64,000 nt of DNA from a virus (Duplodnaviria > Caudoviricetes). This document shows, piece after piece, positions 36,218 through 45,924 of this stretch. How positions within the stretch are numbered: position 1 is the first letter of the stretch; each line of letters begins with the position of its first letter. The position numbers and the translations under genes are program-made. The notes below the pieces were generated by a model that saw nothing but the letters and a program-made list of their open reading frames with translations, made no database searches and was not told where the DNA came from. The stretch spans positions 288,001 to 352,000 of IMG/VR virus record IMGVR_UViG_3300021431_000075. The stretch is one strand, 5' to 3'.

Positions 36218-38137
36218 ATGAACACTCTATACAGAAGAAGAAATTATTATATAAATGAAGACTTGCTGGACAAGGTCAGTGTGGATGAAGTCGAAGATGA
36301 AGATAATGATGAAGCCAAAAGCATCAAGAATGATGAGAATGCTGATTGTAATGTCAAGTTATGGTTTGGTTATGATTATGGAAACACTGCAATGTGTGTT
36401 GCTGATTGTATTTATGACTATTTGGATAATTGTTCTTTTGTCAAGAAGTTTAAGGCGCCGGTTCATGACCGGTGTCATCATAAAATCGGAATCAATTTCT
36501 ATTCTGATGACATGAAGGCAGAAGACTTGATGAGTCTGATAATCTTTATGTCTTTTAAGTCAGGCGAACGGATGCGTGTCATGGATGAAAATACGAACGC
36601 AAGTTGCTATGTCGAAATTGAAAGATATTACTTGAATGTGGATCTTAGAGAATTTGGAAATTTTTTCAATGGATTCTTTCCGGATGAGAACACCGAGAGA
36701 CTTTTTAAGTTATTTGTTCGAATGTGCATAACAAGGCGTCTTTTGAGAAGGTCGGAGTATTCTGATTTGCCGGGTTATCAAGTTCAGCTCGGATATGAGA
36801 AACACAACTTGGTTGATGAATATGGGAATTTTTTACTCGATAGATGCTACAGCGAAAGTCGAAAGTTGGATAATTGCGATTTGGTCCGTGTTAAATCAGG
36901 AGAAAAGTACAATATCATAGACAAGAGCGGAAAACTTTTGTTTGATGAGAAGAAGTGGTTTGACATGCAGGGATATATGATGTGTGACGGATATATAAAA
37001 ATAGGTTATGGAGCCGGTTATGGCACATATAAGTTCTGGTACAACTTCATTGACATTGACGGAAATTTTCTGAATGACGAGCATTATGATGATTGTGGAA
37101 ACTTCAATGAAGGACTTGCTGCTGTCAAGATAGACAGTCGATGCAATTACATAGATACAGACGGGAACATTGTTTTTGATGAGTGGTTTGATGAGTGCGG
37201 AACTTTTATAAACGGATACGCAAGCGTCAGAAAAGATTCTAAATGGAATTTCATTGACAAGAAAGGTAAGTACTTGAGTAAAGAGTGGTTTGACAAATGC
37301 TATAACTTTGAGTATGGTATGGTTGTTGTCAAGTCAAAGAAATGCAATATGATAGACAACAAAGGAAAACTCGTATTGGCTGAGTGGGTTGATAATATCG
37401 GCACTTTCGTTGATGGATTTTCTATTGTCACGCTTAAGAATAAATTCAATTATATAGACAAGAAAGGTAATCTGTTGTCAAATGAGTGGTTTATCCAGTG
37501 TATCAATTTTAGTGATGGTTTCGGTATAGTATCGAACAAAAAGTCAAAGAAGAACTTTATTGACAAGGATGGAAATTTTTTGTCAAAAGACTGGTATGAC
37601 GATGCATGCTCTTTTGAATGCGGATTTGGCAGAGTACATGATGTAAATAAAAAGGGATGGAACTATATAGACAGAAATGGAAATATTCTGTCACCAAACT
37701 TGTGGTTTAAATCTATTGATGATTTTTGTGACTTTGGTTTGGCACTGGTTAATGAGAATAACTATGATAAGTATAATTTTATAAGGAGAGACGGTAGTTT
37801 AGTTATTGACGGATGGTTTAAGTTCGCAGATCATTTTAGAGAAGGTTTTGCACAAGTTGAAATGATTATCAATGGTCGTGAATCATATAATTTCATAAAT
37901 AGCAAGGGAACCATTATTTCGCCGGATGTCTGGTTCAGGGAAGTCTCGAATTTCAGAAACGGTGTTGCAAAGGTGACAGATTTTTCCGGGAAAATCAATT
38001 ATATAAATGAGGATGGCAAACTTTTGTTCAAAGAATGGTTTGTGTACAAGAAGATGGTTAGCGTTGAGGATGGTATGCTTGTCACGATGAATGGACTGGC
38101 TGTTGATTTAAACGGAGAATATGTGTCATTGATTTGA
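36218..38137 (+). CDS. WG-repeat protein with EDLLD acidic leader
   Basis: YINEDLLDKVSVDEVED; many NFID/NYID repeats; C-terminus VDLNGEYVSLI; ATAAATA 36179-36185. Confidence 0.92.
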   Translation: MNTLYRRRNYYINEDLLDKVSVDEVEDEDNDEAKSIKNDENADCNVKLWFGYDYGNTAMCVADCIYDYLDNCSFVKKFKAPVHDRCHHKIGINFYSDDMKAEDLMSLIIFMSFKSGERMRVMDENTNASCYVEIERYYLNVDLREFGNFFNGFFPDENTERLFKLFVRMCITRRLLRRSEYSDLPGYQVQLGYEKHNLVDEYGNFLLDRCYSESRKLDNCDLVRVKSGEKYNIIDKSGKLLFDEKKWFDMQGYMMCDGYIKIGYGAGYGTYKFWYNFIDIDGNFLNDEHYDDCGNFNEGLAAVKIDSRCNYIDTDGNIVFDEWFDECGTFINGYASVRKDSKWNFIDKKGKYLSKEWFDKCYNFEYGMVVVKSKKCNMIDNKGKLVLAEWVDNIGTFVDGFSIVTLKNKFNYIDKKGNLLSNEWFIQCINFSDGFGIVSNKKSKKNFIDKDGNFLSKDWYDDACSFECGFGRVHDVNKKGWNYIDRNGNILSPNLWFKSIDDFCDFGLALVNENNYDKYNFIRRDGSLVIDGWFKFADHFREGFAQVEMIINGRESYNFINSKGTIISPDVWFREVSNFRNGVAKVTDFSGKINYINEDGKLLFKEWFVYKKMVSVEDGMLVTMNGLAVDLNGEYVSLI

Positions 38138-38252
38138 CGATGAACAATAAAATATAAAGTTGTGAGTGGTTCTTGGATGCGTTTTCAAAGAACCATATTT
38201 TTGATGCAATGATAAACTTTAAAAAACTTTAACATTTTTTAATTATCAATAA

Positions 38253-38284
38253 TTTGCAAACAAAGAATTAAATCATTATTTTTG
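38253..38284 (+). promoter_or_regulatory. Bacteroidota primary-sigma promoter
   Basis: TTTG-N20-TATTTTTG. Confidence 0.6.
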
Positions 38285-38312
38285 CGGTCTGAATCATTAA
38301 ATGGTTATAATT

Positions 38313-38528
38313 ATGTCTTTGTTTAATAAGAAAGATAAGTTGGAAGTTGCCGAATGGTTTGTTGATCTGACTGGAATCTTTTGTCATTATGAGTTCTTTA
38401 CAAAAGAACTATGGAGAAAGGTTGACGGATTCAAAATGGCAGATAATGCTGAAGTCCTTGTGGCATTCCAGCATTATTGGTTTCATGTAACTTTTATGTA
38501 TTATTTTGTGCCAAGATGTTCTTTTTGA
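38313..38528 (+). CDS. small hypothetical protein, possibly truncated by the TnpB-like gene
   Basis: Follows a promoter; 3' end overlaps the convergent TnpB-like ORF. Confidence 0.5.
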   Translation: MSLFNKKDKLEVAEWFVDLTGIFCHYEFFTKELWRKVDGFKMADNAEVLVAFQHYWFHVTFMYYFVPRCSF

Positions 38529-39972
38529 AAGACATTTTCTTAGCATAAATCCTGTTAGACAAAAGTTTGGAGACAACTGGCTGACATGCAGCCAGAGAGA
38601 CTCGATACATCATTTTCGGGTCTGCTTTTAGAGCATAATATATTTTCCTCAAGTCTATTTCAGAGTCCTTCAAGTTAAATACTTCCATCGTTCGCTCTAT
38701 TCGTTCTCTGAAGTCGTCAACATTCGGAAACAATATGTTCTTTGTTTTTGCAAAATCATTTGCAATATACTGGTGATAATATTCGTAAGTTCTTCTTCCA
38801 ATCTCGATTGATGCAAGGCACATGTCGGGCAGATTGCAATCTCTGAACACGAAGTTGCTAACAAAGCTGCTATATTCACAAAACACTTCCAAGCACTCTA
38901 TGTCATATTTAGCGCAGTTCTTTCTTATGTTGTCAACTAAAGGTCTGCGGAGCCACTGGTTGTTTATAAGCCTGTTGAAGTTCGTTCCTTTCTTGTTGTC
39001 CTTTGTTACGATTGCAAGTTGTTCATAACCGAACAAAGAGCAACCATAGTGAACTGCCGTTTCAACAAGCGTATTCGAGACAAGAAATATCTCGTTGTGA
39101 CGCTCGTTCGTTATCTTCTTTCTCTTTCTATGACTGCTTGGTAAGTGCTGTTTTTTCAACGCATATTCTGCGTCGTTCAAATCTTTGATTGTGATTGTGC
39201 CGGACTCTACTATATGGAAATCACTATGTGATTTCCAGTCAACAACGCTCCAACCAACATAGTTGGGATTCAAGTCTATTGCAAGAACCCTGTCCTGAAT
39301 CTGCTTCGGTCTGTTAACTATCTTGACATTCTTGTAAAGTTCCTTAACTTTGTATGATATGTATACATATTGTGCATCAATCTTGTAAGTGATAGGCATA
39401 TCACCCGCAACCTGATGTTCATATAGCAGTCTTATAATTTTGAGATAATTCTTAGACAGTCTTGCAGAGAACTTAACTTCCATCCATTTCTTGCCCGGCA
39501 TTAGTATCCTAATGCCGCTTAAGTCATCAAGCAGCCTGAACTTTCTGTTACCAAAACGTCTTGCTGAACCTGAGTCTGCTGATCCTATACTGACAAGCGG
39601 AGAGAGCCTGCCGGCTCTCAACTCATCTTTTGAAACCTTGCCGCTTCTATAGTCGTTCATCAGGGACTTGCCGCCGAAGCAAGTCCGTATCTTCTTCTCG
39701 CTTGTCTTCTGAAGTTCCTTCTCTGTTTCATAAATTGCATTGCCTTCATATACAGCAGACCGCTTCAACCAAGAGTCAAGAAGATTTATGTCATTATAAT
39801 CATCAAACGAATTGTCCTTTACCGGAATTCCTTTCTCGTATTTCTTGAACGCGGAGCGTATGATGTGAGTCTGCTGTCTCCGCAAATCGGAAATCAACAT
39901 ACGGTCTTCGGTTGAATTATATTCAACCGGAATCTTGATAGTGCTGTATGTATCTTTCTGATTCTTGGACAT
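38494..39972 (-). CDS. Solo TnpB-like (Cas12-superfamily) RuvC nuclease
   Basis: RuvC-I RVLAIDLNPNYVGWSV, RuvC-II FGYEQL, EYSS, RuvC-III PDMCLASIEIGRR; no adjacent tnpA or CRISPR array; ATAAATA at 39997-40003 (-). Confidence 0.8.
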   Translation of the reverse strand: MSKNQKDTYSTIKIPVEYNSTEDRMLISDLRRQQTHIIRSAFKKYEKGIPVKDNSFDDYNDINLLDSWLKRSAVYEGNAIYETEKELQKTSEKKIRTCFGGKSLMNDYRSGKVSKDELRAGRLSPLVSIGSADSGSARRFGNRKFRLLDDLSGIRILMPGKKWMEVKFSARLSKNYLKIIRLLYEHQVAGDMPITYKIDAQYVYISYKVKELYKNVKIVNRPKQIQDRVLAIDLNPNYVGWSVVDWKSHSDFHIVESGTITIKDLNDAEYALKKQHLPSSHRKRKKITNERHNEIFLVSNTLVETAVHYGCSLFGYEQLAIVTKDNKKGTNFNRLINNQWLRRPLVDNIRKNCAKYDIECLEVFCEYSSFVSNFVFRDCNLPDMCLASIEIGRRTYEYYHQYIANDFAKTKNILFPNVDDFRERIERTMEVFNLKDSEIDLRKIYYALKADPKMMYRVSLAACQPVVSKLLSNRIYAKKMSFKKNILAQNNT

Positions 39973-40096
39973 TTTATGATGCTTGTTATGACATATTATT
40001 TATCTTTAAAATATTTCAATATGAAGATTAGCAAATGATTTTTTATGTTAAAAACAATTAAAAATCAATCTGTATATATATTTTTTTCAAATTATT

Positions 40097-40128
40097 ATTG
40101 CATATTGTTTATTTAATCATTATCTTTG
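40097..40128 (+). promoter_or_regulatory. Bacteroidota primary-sigma promoter
   Basis: ATTG-N20-TATCTTTG heading the small-gene cluster. Confidence 0.6.
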
Positions 40129-40193
40129 CATTGTGATATGAATTCATTAAAGACTGATAATATGTTTATATTCTATAACATAAAAAATAATTT

Positions 40194-40325
40194 ATGAATT
40201 ATAATCACAAGTTCATCAAGTACACTTCTGCTTGCGGAATGTTATGGTTTGCTGAAACAAGCAAGGACGGCTATGAAACATACATCAAGCGGTTCCAGCC
40301 TGTGATAGATGTTTATGAATCATAG
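40194..40325 (+). CDS. small hypothetical protein (43 aa)
   Basis: Hand translation MNYNHKFIKYTSACG...DVYES; follows promoter. Confidence 0.45.
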   Translation: MNYNHKFIKYTSACGMLWFAETSKDGYETYIKRFQPVIDVYES

Positions 40326-40346
40326 ATACTAAAACAGAGATGATAT

Positions 40347-40742
40347 ATGGAAGAACTGAATAAGAAAAGACTTGCTGATTTGGCAAGCAGACTGTTTTCC
40401 AGAACGAAGATAACTTGGAATGGAAAAGATGCGGTCGATTTGACACCTGATGAATTTTCAAACATTGTTAAATGCAACGACTTTAGTTGGAAGCCGTTTC
40501 TCCGTTCATTGAAAACGATGACAGATGAAGAGAAACTTGAACTGAAAAGCGTTTATGATGCTGAATATGTGACAGATACATCTATATGTTTTTTAGAAGG
40601 CGGAACATTGGAAGAGTATCTTTCAGACATATCTTTTAGATTTTGTTCAGAACTTACTGACTGGCTTGTTGCACATCGTTTTGATTGTCATGGATTAATT
40701 CCAGACGGAAATGCGATCGAAGCGCCTGATGGTATGTATTGA
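40347..40742 (+). CDS. hypothetical phage protein (paralog of 47304..47747)
   Basis: KPFLRSLKTMTDEEK...WLVAHRFD. Confidence 0.8.
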   Translation: MEELNKKRLADLASRLFSRTKITWNGKDAVDLTPDEFSNIVKCNDFSWKPFLRSLKTMTDEEKLELKSVYDAEYVTDTSICFLEGGTLEEYLSDISFRFCSELTDWLVAHRFDCHGLIPDGNAIEAPDGMY

Positions 40743-40841
40743 AATTTGACTGATTGATTTGTAATCAATTAAATATCAACAATCTAATAAAAATAAGTTG
40801 TTTTATAAGTTACCGTTAATGGTAAGAAAAATCTTAATTAT

Positions 40842-41396
40842 ATGAAACATATACTAATAAGATGCGCTCATTGTCAAAAACTATATACATATTGCACATA
40901 TGGCAACGGTCCGGAGTATGGAACTGATGAAGGTTGTTCTCGAACATATTGCGCTGAATGTCAGAAAGCGATTGATGCTGCTCTTGATGCAATCCCTGTC
41001 AAGTACAGGCCTGTTCAAGTCGAGATTCACGACGACTCTGTTCTTGCAGAACTTGACAGGATTAAGAAGAAATGCTCTGAATCAGATGACGGAATGTTTC
41101 CTCAAGCAATGCAAATGGTTTGCGACGAGTACAGCAATATCGACAAGTTCACATTTGACGGTTCTGTCTATTATGTCAAGTACAACGACAAGAGTCCGGA
41201 TGACAGGCATTTGTTTGTCGAGATGGAGTACGATGTATTGAACGAGAAAGTGACAGATAGGTACTGGAATGCAGAGAGCATGGAAGAAACTTATCGGAAG
41301 ATGAGAGCGATGAACAGCGGTTTCGTTGATGCCGAGAAAGTGAAGCCGATCAATTTGTCAGAACCGAATCCGGAACTATTCTATTGCAGTTTTTAA
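40842..41396 (+). CDS. hypothetical protein with two CxxC motifs
   Basis: CAHC and CAEC. Confidence 0.75.
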   Translation: MKHILIRCAHCQKLYTYCTYGNGPEYGTDEGCSRTYCAECQKAIDAALDAIPVKYRPVQVEIHDDSVLAELDRIKKKCSESDDGMFPQAMQMVCDEYSNIDKFTFDGSVYYVKYNDKSPDDRHLFVEMEYDVLNEKVTDRYWNAESMEETYRKMRAMNSGFVDAEKVKPINLSEPNPELFYCSF

Positions 41397-41453
41397 CCAA
41401 GTCATGTTTGGAAGTTGCTTGAAACGTGTTTTTTTAATAAAAATAGAACAATA

Positions 41454-43952
41454 ATGAACAGAGAAATATATTTTTGCTTTGACTTTAGAAGCTGGCTTAG
41501 TGTGACAGAAAAAATGAAGAAGTTCGTCACGTCGAACAATTATTATGAGACAAGAGACTTGATAGACAAGGGAGAGACTGCAATCGTCACGTCGTCGGTT
41601 GCAAATCTGTCATTTGACTTGTTTGAAAAGTATAGGGTTTTCGTATGCGATGAGTGCGTGACTGTTGAGTTGAAACCCGGAATGGTTTTCAAGGACGGAA
41701 CTGTTATTCGTCGTAAGAATGGAAAAATGCTTGACTTGATTGAACACAGTCTGGCGGAACTTCAGGATTGCAAGATTATTGATGTTGATGACGATTCAAA
41801 TAGAAGAAAGGATTCTATGATCGATGTCGAGCGTTTTGTCGGCAATGTCATGGAACGGCTTTGTCAGAAAGACAATGACATGTACAAGATACTTCAGGAT
41901 TCTCTCTTTGAGCAGGGGCTTGTATATGAAGGTTCCAAGATAACGAAGGCTGGATGTGTTGAAAAAAGCCAGACTTCGACTTCTGGTGACGATTGTGAAA
42001 CATGTGAGCATGTAAGGAAGTTCAATGTCGGGGACTGGATTGTATCAAACGGCGGCATTAGAAACATCGTCAAGATAATGAAGGTTGTAGATAATGACGG
42101 TTTCGACGGTACTGGAAAGTGCAAGTATGTTCTCGGCGGTTCGGACGTTGAGTATGAAAAAGACCAAGACTATGTCGAGCAGAACTATCGTTTCTGGAGC
42201 ATTGATGACGCAGTTGCTGGCGATGTCATATCATTGGACAACTATCTTATGGTTTTCAAAGAGAAAATTGATGAAGGAACATGCACATCGTTCTTTACGT
42301 ATGATAGGGATTCAGATTTGTCGTATCCATTTGTCAAGTCTCTTTTCAATATAATCGGATGTCGTGTTTGTCCTGCGACTGAAGATGAGAAGAGTTTGCT
42401 TGAAGCGAAAATGAGGAACGGCGGATATGCAATGAGTGAAGACAAAACACAACTACTGAGAGTCAAGCCACATAAGTTCGAATACGGCGACTGGATTGTG
42501 TATGACACGAATAATGGAAATGTTTCGACGCCGCGGCAGATAACGGGAGTTGGAATGGCAAATGGTTGCTATTTGCTTGATGACAGCAAGAAGTATCCGT
42601 TTGACGAAGTCGATAAGATGTATAGAAAATGGAACTATGACGATATCAAGGATGGGGATTTCTTGTGCGCATATGAGTTCGGAAAACCGAAAGCGCTGTT
42701 TGTCAAGAGAGACGATTACAAGAATATCGGCGGCATGAGGTATCAATTTGCATATTCGTGCGATGATACTCATGGAAGCATAAGCGGCAAGGGATTCCCT
42801 GTTATTGTCTTTTCTGTCAGTGACGTGAGACCTGCTGATAAAGAGCAGAGGGAAACCATTTTAAGGGAAATTGAAAATGCAGGTTATCGGTGGGATGCTG
42901 CGAAGAAGCGTGTCATTCCAAAGGTAGAATCTGAAGAATCTACGTCAGACAAACAGGATGAAGAACAGCATAAGTTTTCTGTGGGAGACTGGGTTGTCGG
43001 ATTCGGAAAGACACTTCTTATTGTCGATATTTACAAAGATGATGACTTTGAAGGTTATGTATATAAGTTTGAGGGAGATTTTGTTTTGGCTGAATCGCTT
43101 CTTGATGATTTCCGGTTATGGAATCGAAATTTTGATGTCAAGAACGGAGACTTTCTTTGCAGCGATGAGAAAGGAATTCCTAAATATATTTTTATTGCAA
43201 GCAATTCGCATTTTAGCGGCTGTCGTTATTTGTATTATTGTCGATATTGCATTCAATCTGGTGCTTTTGAGACAGAAGACGGTTCTGTGTGTCTGTCTGA
43301 TGATATGTCGTTTGTTCATCCGGCTACGTCTGAACAGCGTAAACTGTTGCTTGACAATATTTTGTTAAACGGCTACAAATGGGATGATGATGTGAAGAAA
43401 TTGTCAAGCATTAAGATGAAAACGCCTGAAGAAAGCCTTGGTATTTCATCTCAAGAGTATGCAGACATTGTTGATGAATGCATTTTCGGAGATGACTGGA
43501 AATTCAAAGCAGGAGACTGGATCGTAGATGCCCTCAATTTTAAGAAGGAGAAGGTTGTTGCCTGCTCGAAAGAGACTGGATACTTTCTGTCAAGCGGTTC
43601 AGAAGAGTGGTGGGCAGACAAAGACGATGTTGAAGAATATTATCATTTGTGGACTATTGACGATTTGATGCCGTTTGATGCTGTTGTTTGTGTGGATGGA
43701 GACGAAAGGATATGTCTGTACAAGAAAGCGAACGATGATACTACGGTTAGATGTTATGGATTTGTTAATATAACACTAAGGAATTCTAAATTTGAATTGG
43801 CTGACAAACATGAGTTATTTCATACGAAAGGAATGCACCCGGCAACAGATGAACAGGAAAAACTGCTTAATAAGAAGATGAACGAAGCAGGTTATGTCAT
43901 TGTTACAAAGGATGGCAAGAAAAAGCTCATGAATCTTGTTGATGTAGATTGA
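41454..43952 (+). CDS. multi-repeat phage protein (four KFxxGDW...PATxE...GY domains)
   Basis: Four copies of KF(N/E/S/K)xGDW(I/V)V...W...PA...GY. Confidence 0.85.
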   Translation: MNREIYFCFDFRSWLSVTEKMKKFVTSNNYYETRDLIDKGETAIVTSSVANLSFDLFEKYRVFVCDECVTVELKPGMVFKDGTVIRRKNGKMLDLIEHSLAELQDCKIIDVDDDSNRRKDSMIDVERFVGNVMERLCQKDNDMYKILQDSLFEQGLVYEGSKITKAGCVEKSQTSTSGDDCETCEHVRKFNVGDWIVSNGGIRNIVKIMKVVDNDGFDGTGKCKYVLGGSDVEYEKDQDYVEQNYRFWSIDDAVAGDVISLDNYLMVFKEKIDEGTCTSFFTYDRDSDLSYPFVKSLFNIIGCRVCPATEDEKSLLEAKMRNGGYAMSEDKTQLLRVKPHKFEYGDWIVYDTNNGNVSTPRQITGVGMANGCYLLDDSKKYPFDEVDKMYRKWNYDDIKDGDFLCAYEFGKPKALFVKRDDYKNIGGMRYQFAYSCDDTHGSISGKGFPVIVFSVSDVRPADKEQRETILREIENAGYRWDAAKKRVIPKVESEESTSDKQDEEQHKFSVGDWVVGFGKTLLIVDIYKDDDFEGYVYKFEGDFVLAESLLDDFRLWNRNFDVKNGDFLCSDEKGIPKYIFIASNSHFSGCRYLYYCRYCIQSGAFETEDGSVCLSDDMSFVHPATSEQRKLLLDNILLNGYKWDDDVKKLSSIKMKTPEESLGISSQEYADIVDECIFGDDWKFKAGDWIVDALNFKKEKVVACSKETGYFLSSGSEEWWADKDDVEEYYHLWTIDDLMPFDAVVCVDGDERICLYKKANDDTTVRCYGFVNITLRNSKFELADKHELFHTKGMHPATDEQEKLLNKKMNEAGYVIVTKDGKKKLMNLVDVD

Positions 43953-43990
43953 GATGTGTTTAAAAAAAGAACATTTAGTGATAAAAGATT

Positions 43991-44341
43991 ATGAAACTCA
44001 AAGAGGAAGATTGTTCGATTGTAGATAATAATCATTTTGATTATCTTGGCAAGACATATGATTGTGAAAATGCAATCAAGGATGATGTTGAAATGATTAT
44101 TAATAATGCAAAGTTGCATAACAAATTCAATGAATACAATGAACATTCATTAAGACCGGACCGTGTTCGTTTGTATGTTGATGAAAACAGCAAAGAACCG
44201 GTCTATGGTATGATTATATATTCGATTGAAAACATCAAGTTCAACTATAGGCGCGTGGCGTGTGGAAATTATTATCCTATTGCCGATGTTGGATGTAGAT
44301 GTTTGGAACCGCATTTCTATCAAGCAAGCATTTGCTGGTGA
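43991..44341 (+). CDS. hypothetical protein
   Basis: ORF in dense co-oriented cluster. Confidence 0.7.
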   Translation: MKLKEEDCSIVDNNHFDYLGKTYDCENAIKDDVEMIINNAKLHNKFNEYNEHSLRPDRVRLYVDENSKEPVYGMIIYSIENIKFNYRRVACGNYYPIADVGCRCLEPHFYQASICW

Positions 44342-44350
44342 GATTAAACT

Positions 44351-44548
44351 ATGGAACCGATTGTTTTGAATTTTATATTGGAACTTGCCTCTTTTGTTGG
44401 TGGCGTTGCATTGATTTTTTTAATTCAGTCAATGATGTTGAGTAATACGGAAAAAGAACTATCAAAATGGATGATGGATGTTTATATATTTTTTTCTGCT
44501 GTTGCTATCACTTTGTTTCTTGTTTCTTATACAAGTACAGGCGGTTAA
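44351..44548 (+). CDS. small membrane protein
   Basis: Two hydrophobic segments. Confidence 0.65.
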   Translation: MEPIVLNFILELASFVGGVALIFLIQSMMLSNTEKELSKWMMDVYIFFSAVAITLFLVSYTSTGG

Positions 44549-44566
44549 TTTATAAAGAAGATTTAT

Positions 44567-45043
44567 ATGGCTTTCTGTTTAGATAATAGATTCGAGATGA
44601 TAGAGAGGGTTCGGACTTATCTTGAAGATAATACGAAGATAAATGATAATCCTGCGGAGATGGATGTCATTGACAACATTCTGTACAGGTTCTGGATGCT
44701 TGGATGGCTTCATGATATTGATAACAAAATCAATGATGAGAGAGATATGGATTATGCTCAACGGTTTCATTGTATTGATTATATTCAAGCAAATCGTGTC
44801 TTTAATGATGACGGCTCCATTAACATAAGACAAGCAATGATTGAGAACGAGCATTCCGCATTAAAGATTTTGTCTGATATCGTGAGTTGGGGCGGCAAGA
44901 TAGTTGATGTTTACATCGGAAACTCTATTGACGGAAAAGTTGCTGAATGGAAACCGGATGGCTTGGATAAGATTGTTTCTGATAATGACTGGTTTTCCGA
45001 AGAAATGATAACAAGTTCAAAAAACGTACATCATGGAAATTAA
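44567..45043 (+). CDS. hypothetical protein (paralog of 49656..50456 N-domain)
   Basis: RFEMIERV...IDNILYRFWMLGWL. Confidence 0.8.
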   Translation: MAFCLDNRFEMIERVRTYLEDNTKINDNPAEMDVIDNILYRFWMLGWLHDIDNKINDERDMDYAQRFHCIDYIQANRVFNDDGSINIRQAMIENEHSALKILSDIVSWGGKIVDVYIGNSIDGKVAEWKPDGLDKIVSDNDWFSEEMITSSKNVHHGN

Positions 45044-45302
45044 GAAGAAGTTTGAAAAATATATTAATTTGCGAGATGAACTCTGGTTGCTTCTTGATGA
45101 TTTTGTCAAAGAGAGAAAGATAAGGCTTGAGACAGACGAGTTTTCAGATTTTATTGTTGAAGGACATGGAAAAAATGTTTTGTTGTTGTTCACAGACAAG
45201 GAAACATTTGATAATAGCGACACATGCACATGCGTTGAAATGGATTTGATTGAAGAGTTTGCTAAAAACAGAAAACATCATGGCATCAAAGACGGTTTAT
45301 AA
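45033..45302 (+). CDS. hypothetical protein
   Basis: Overlapping neighbours in cluster. Confidence 0.65.
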   Translation: MEIKKKFEKYINLRDELWLLLDDFVKERKIRLETDEFSDFIVEGHGKNVLLLFTDKETFDNSDTCTCVEMDLIEEFAKNRKHHGIKDGL

Positions 45303-45591
45303 GAAGATAGAAGATTACGACAAGAGCGAGTTTGACGGTCTTGTCGGCAAGATGTGCAAGGTTCTGTGTCATTCGAGATGGTTCGGTGCAAAGACTACGG
45401 AGCCTGCTATCTGGCTCCGTGGACGCATTGTGAAAGTTTCTTGGGGCAGGGATGACGTGTTTAAGAAAGAATGTGATTACCCGGCATTCACTATTGATGT
45501 CTGGAAATGCAAGAAGTACGATACGGCAAGGCTTCCCTGCTTGACGCAGCTGCCGCATCAGGTTGAAGGATGTATAATGATTAAGATTTAG
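45280..45591 (+). CDS. hypothetical protein
   Basis: ATG 45280, MASKTVYK. Confidence 0.65.
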   Translation: MASKTVYKKIEDYDKSEFDGLVGKMCKVLCHSRWFGAKTTEPAIWLRGRIVKVSWGRDDVFKKECDYPAFTIDVWKCKKYDTARLPCLTQLPHQVEGCIMIKI

Positions 45592-45600
45592 AAATAATTT

Positions 45601-45924
45601 ATGGTGAATTGGAACACAGAAGTCGAAGGTCACTTTATTGAATTCAAGACCGGAAGCACCGGAAGTATTGATCCTTGGTCCCTTGCTTATGCGGTCGAGA
45701 ACAATATAAAGTTATGGATTTCAGACGACATGATGGACTATGTCAGGGTTGACAATTCCGTGATTTATAAATTTGAACGATGTTCGGCATATGTGCTTGT
45801 AGATATGATTAAGAATGGTGAACTGAACACGTTCAAGGAAGTTGATGACTGGCTTATGACTAATTGCAAGCAATGCCTGACTTATCTTGAAATGGTTGAA
45901 ATCTTAAACAAAAGAAAGCGATGA
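45601..45924 (+). CDS. hypothetical protein (tandem paralog A)
   Basis: SIDPWSLAYAVENNI. Confidence 0.8.
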   Translation: MVNWNTEVEGHFIEFKTGSTGSIDPWSLAYAVENNIKLWISDDMMDYVRVDNSVIYKFERCSAYVLVDMIKNGELNTFKEVDDWLMTNCKQCLTYLEMVEILNKRKR

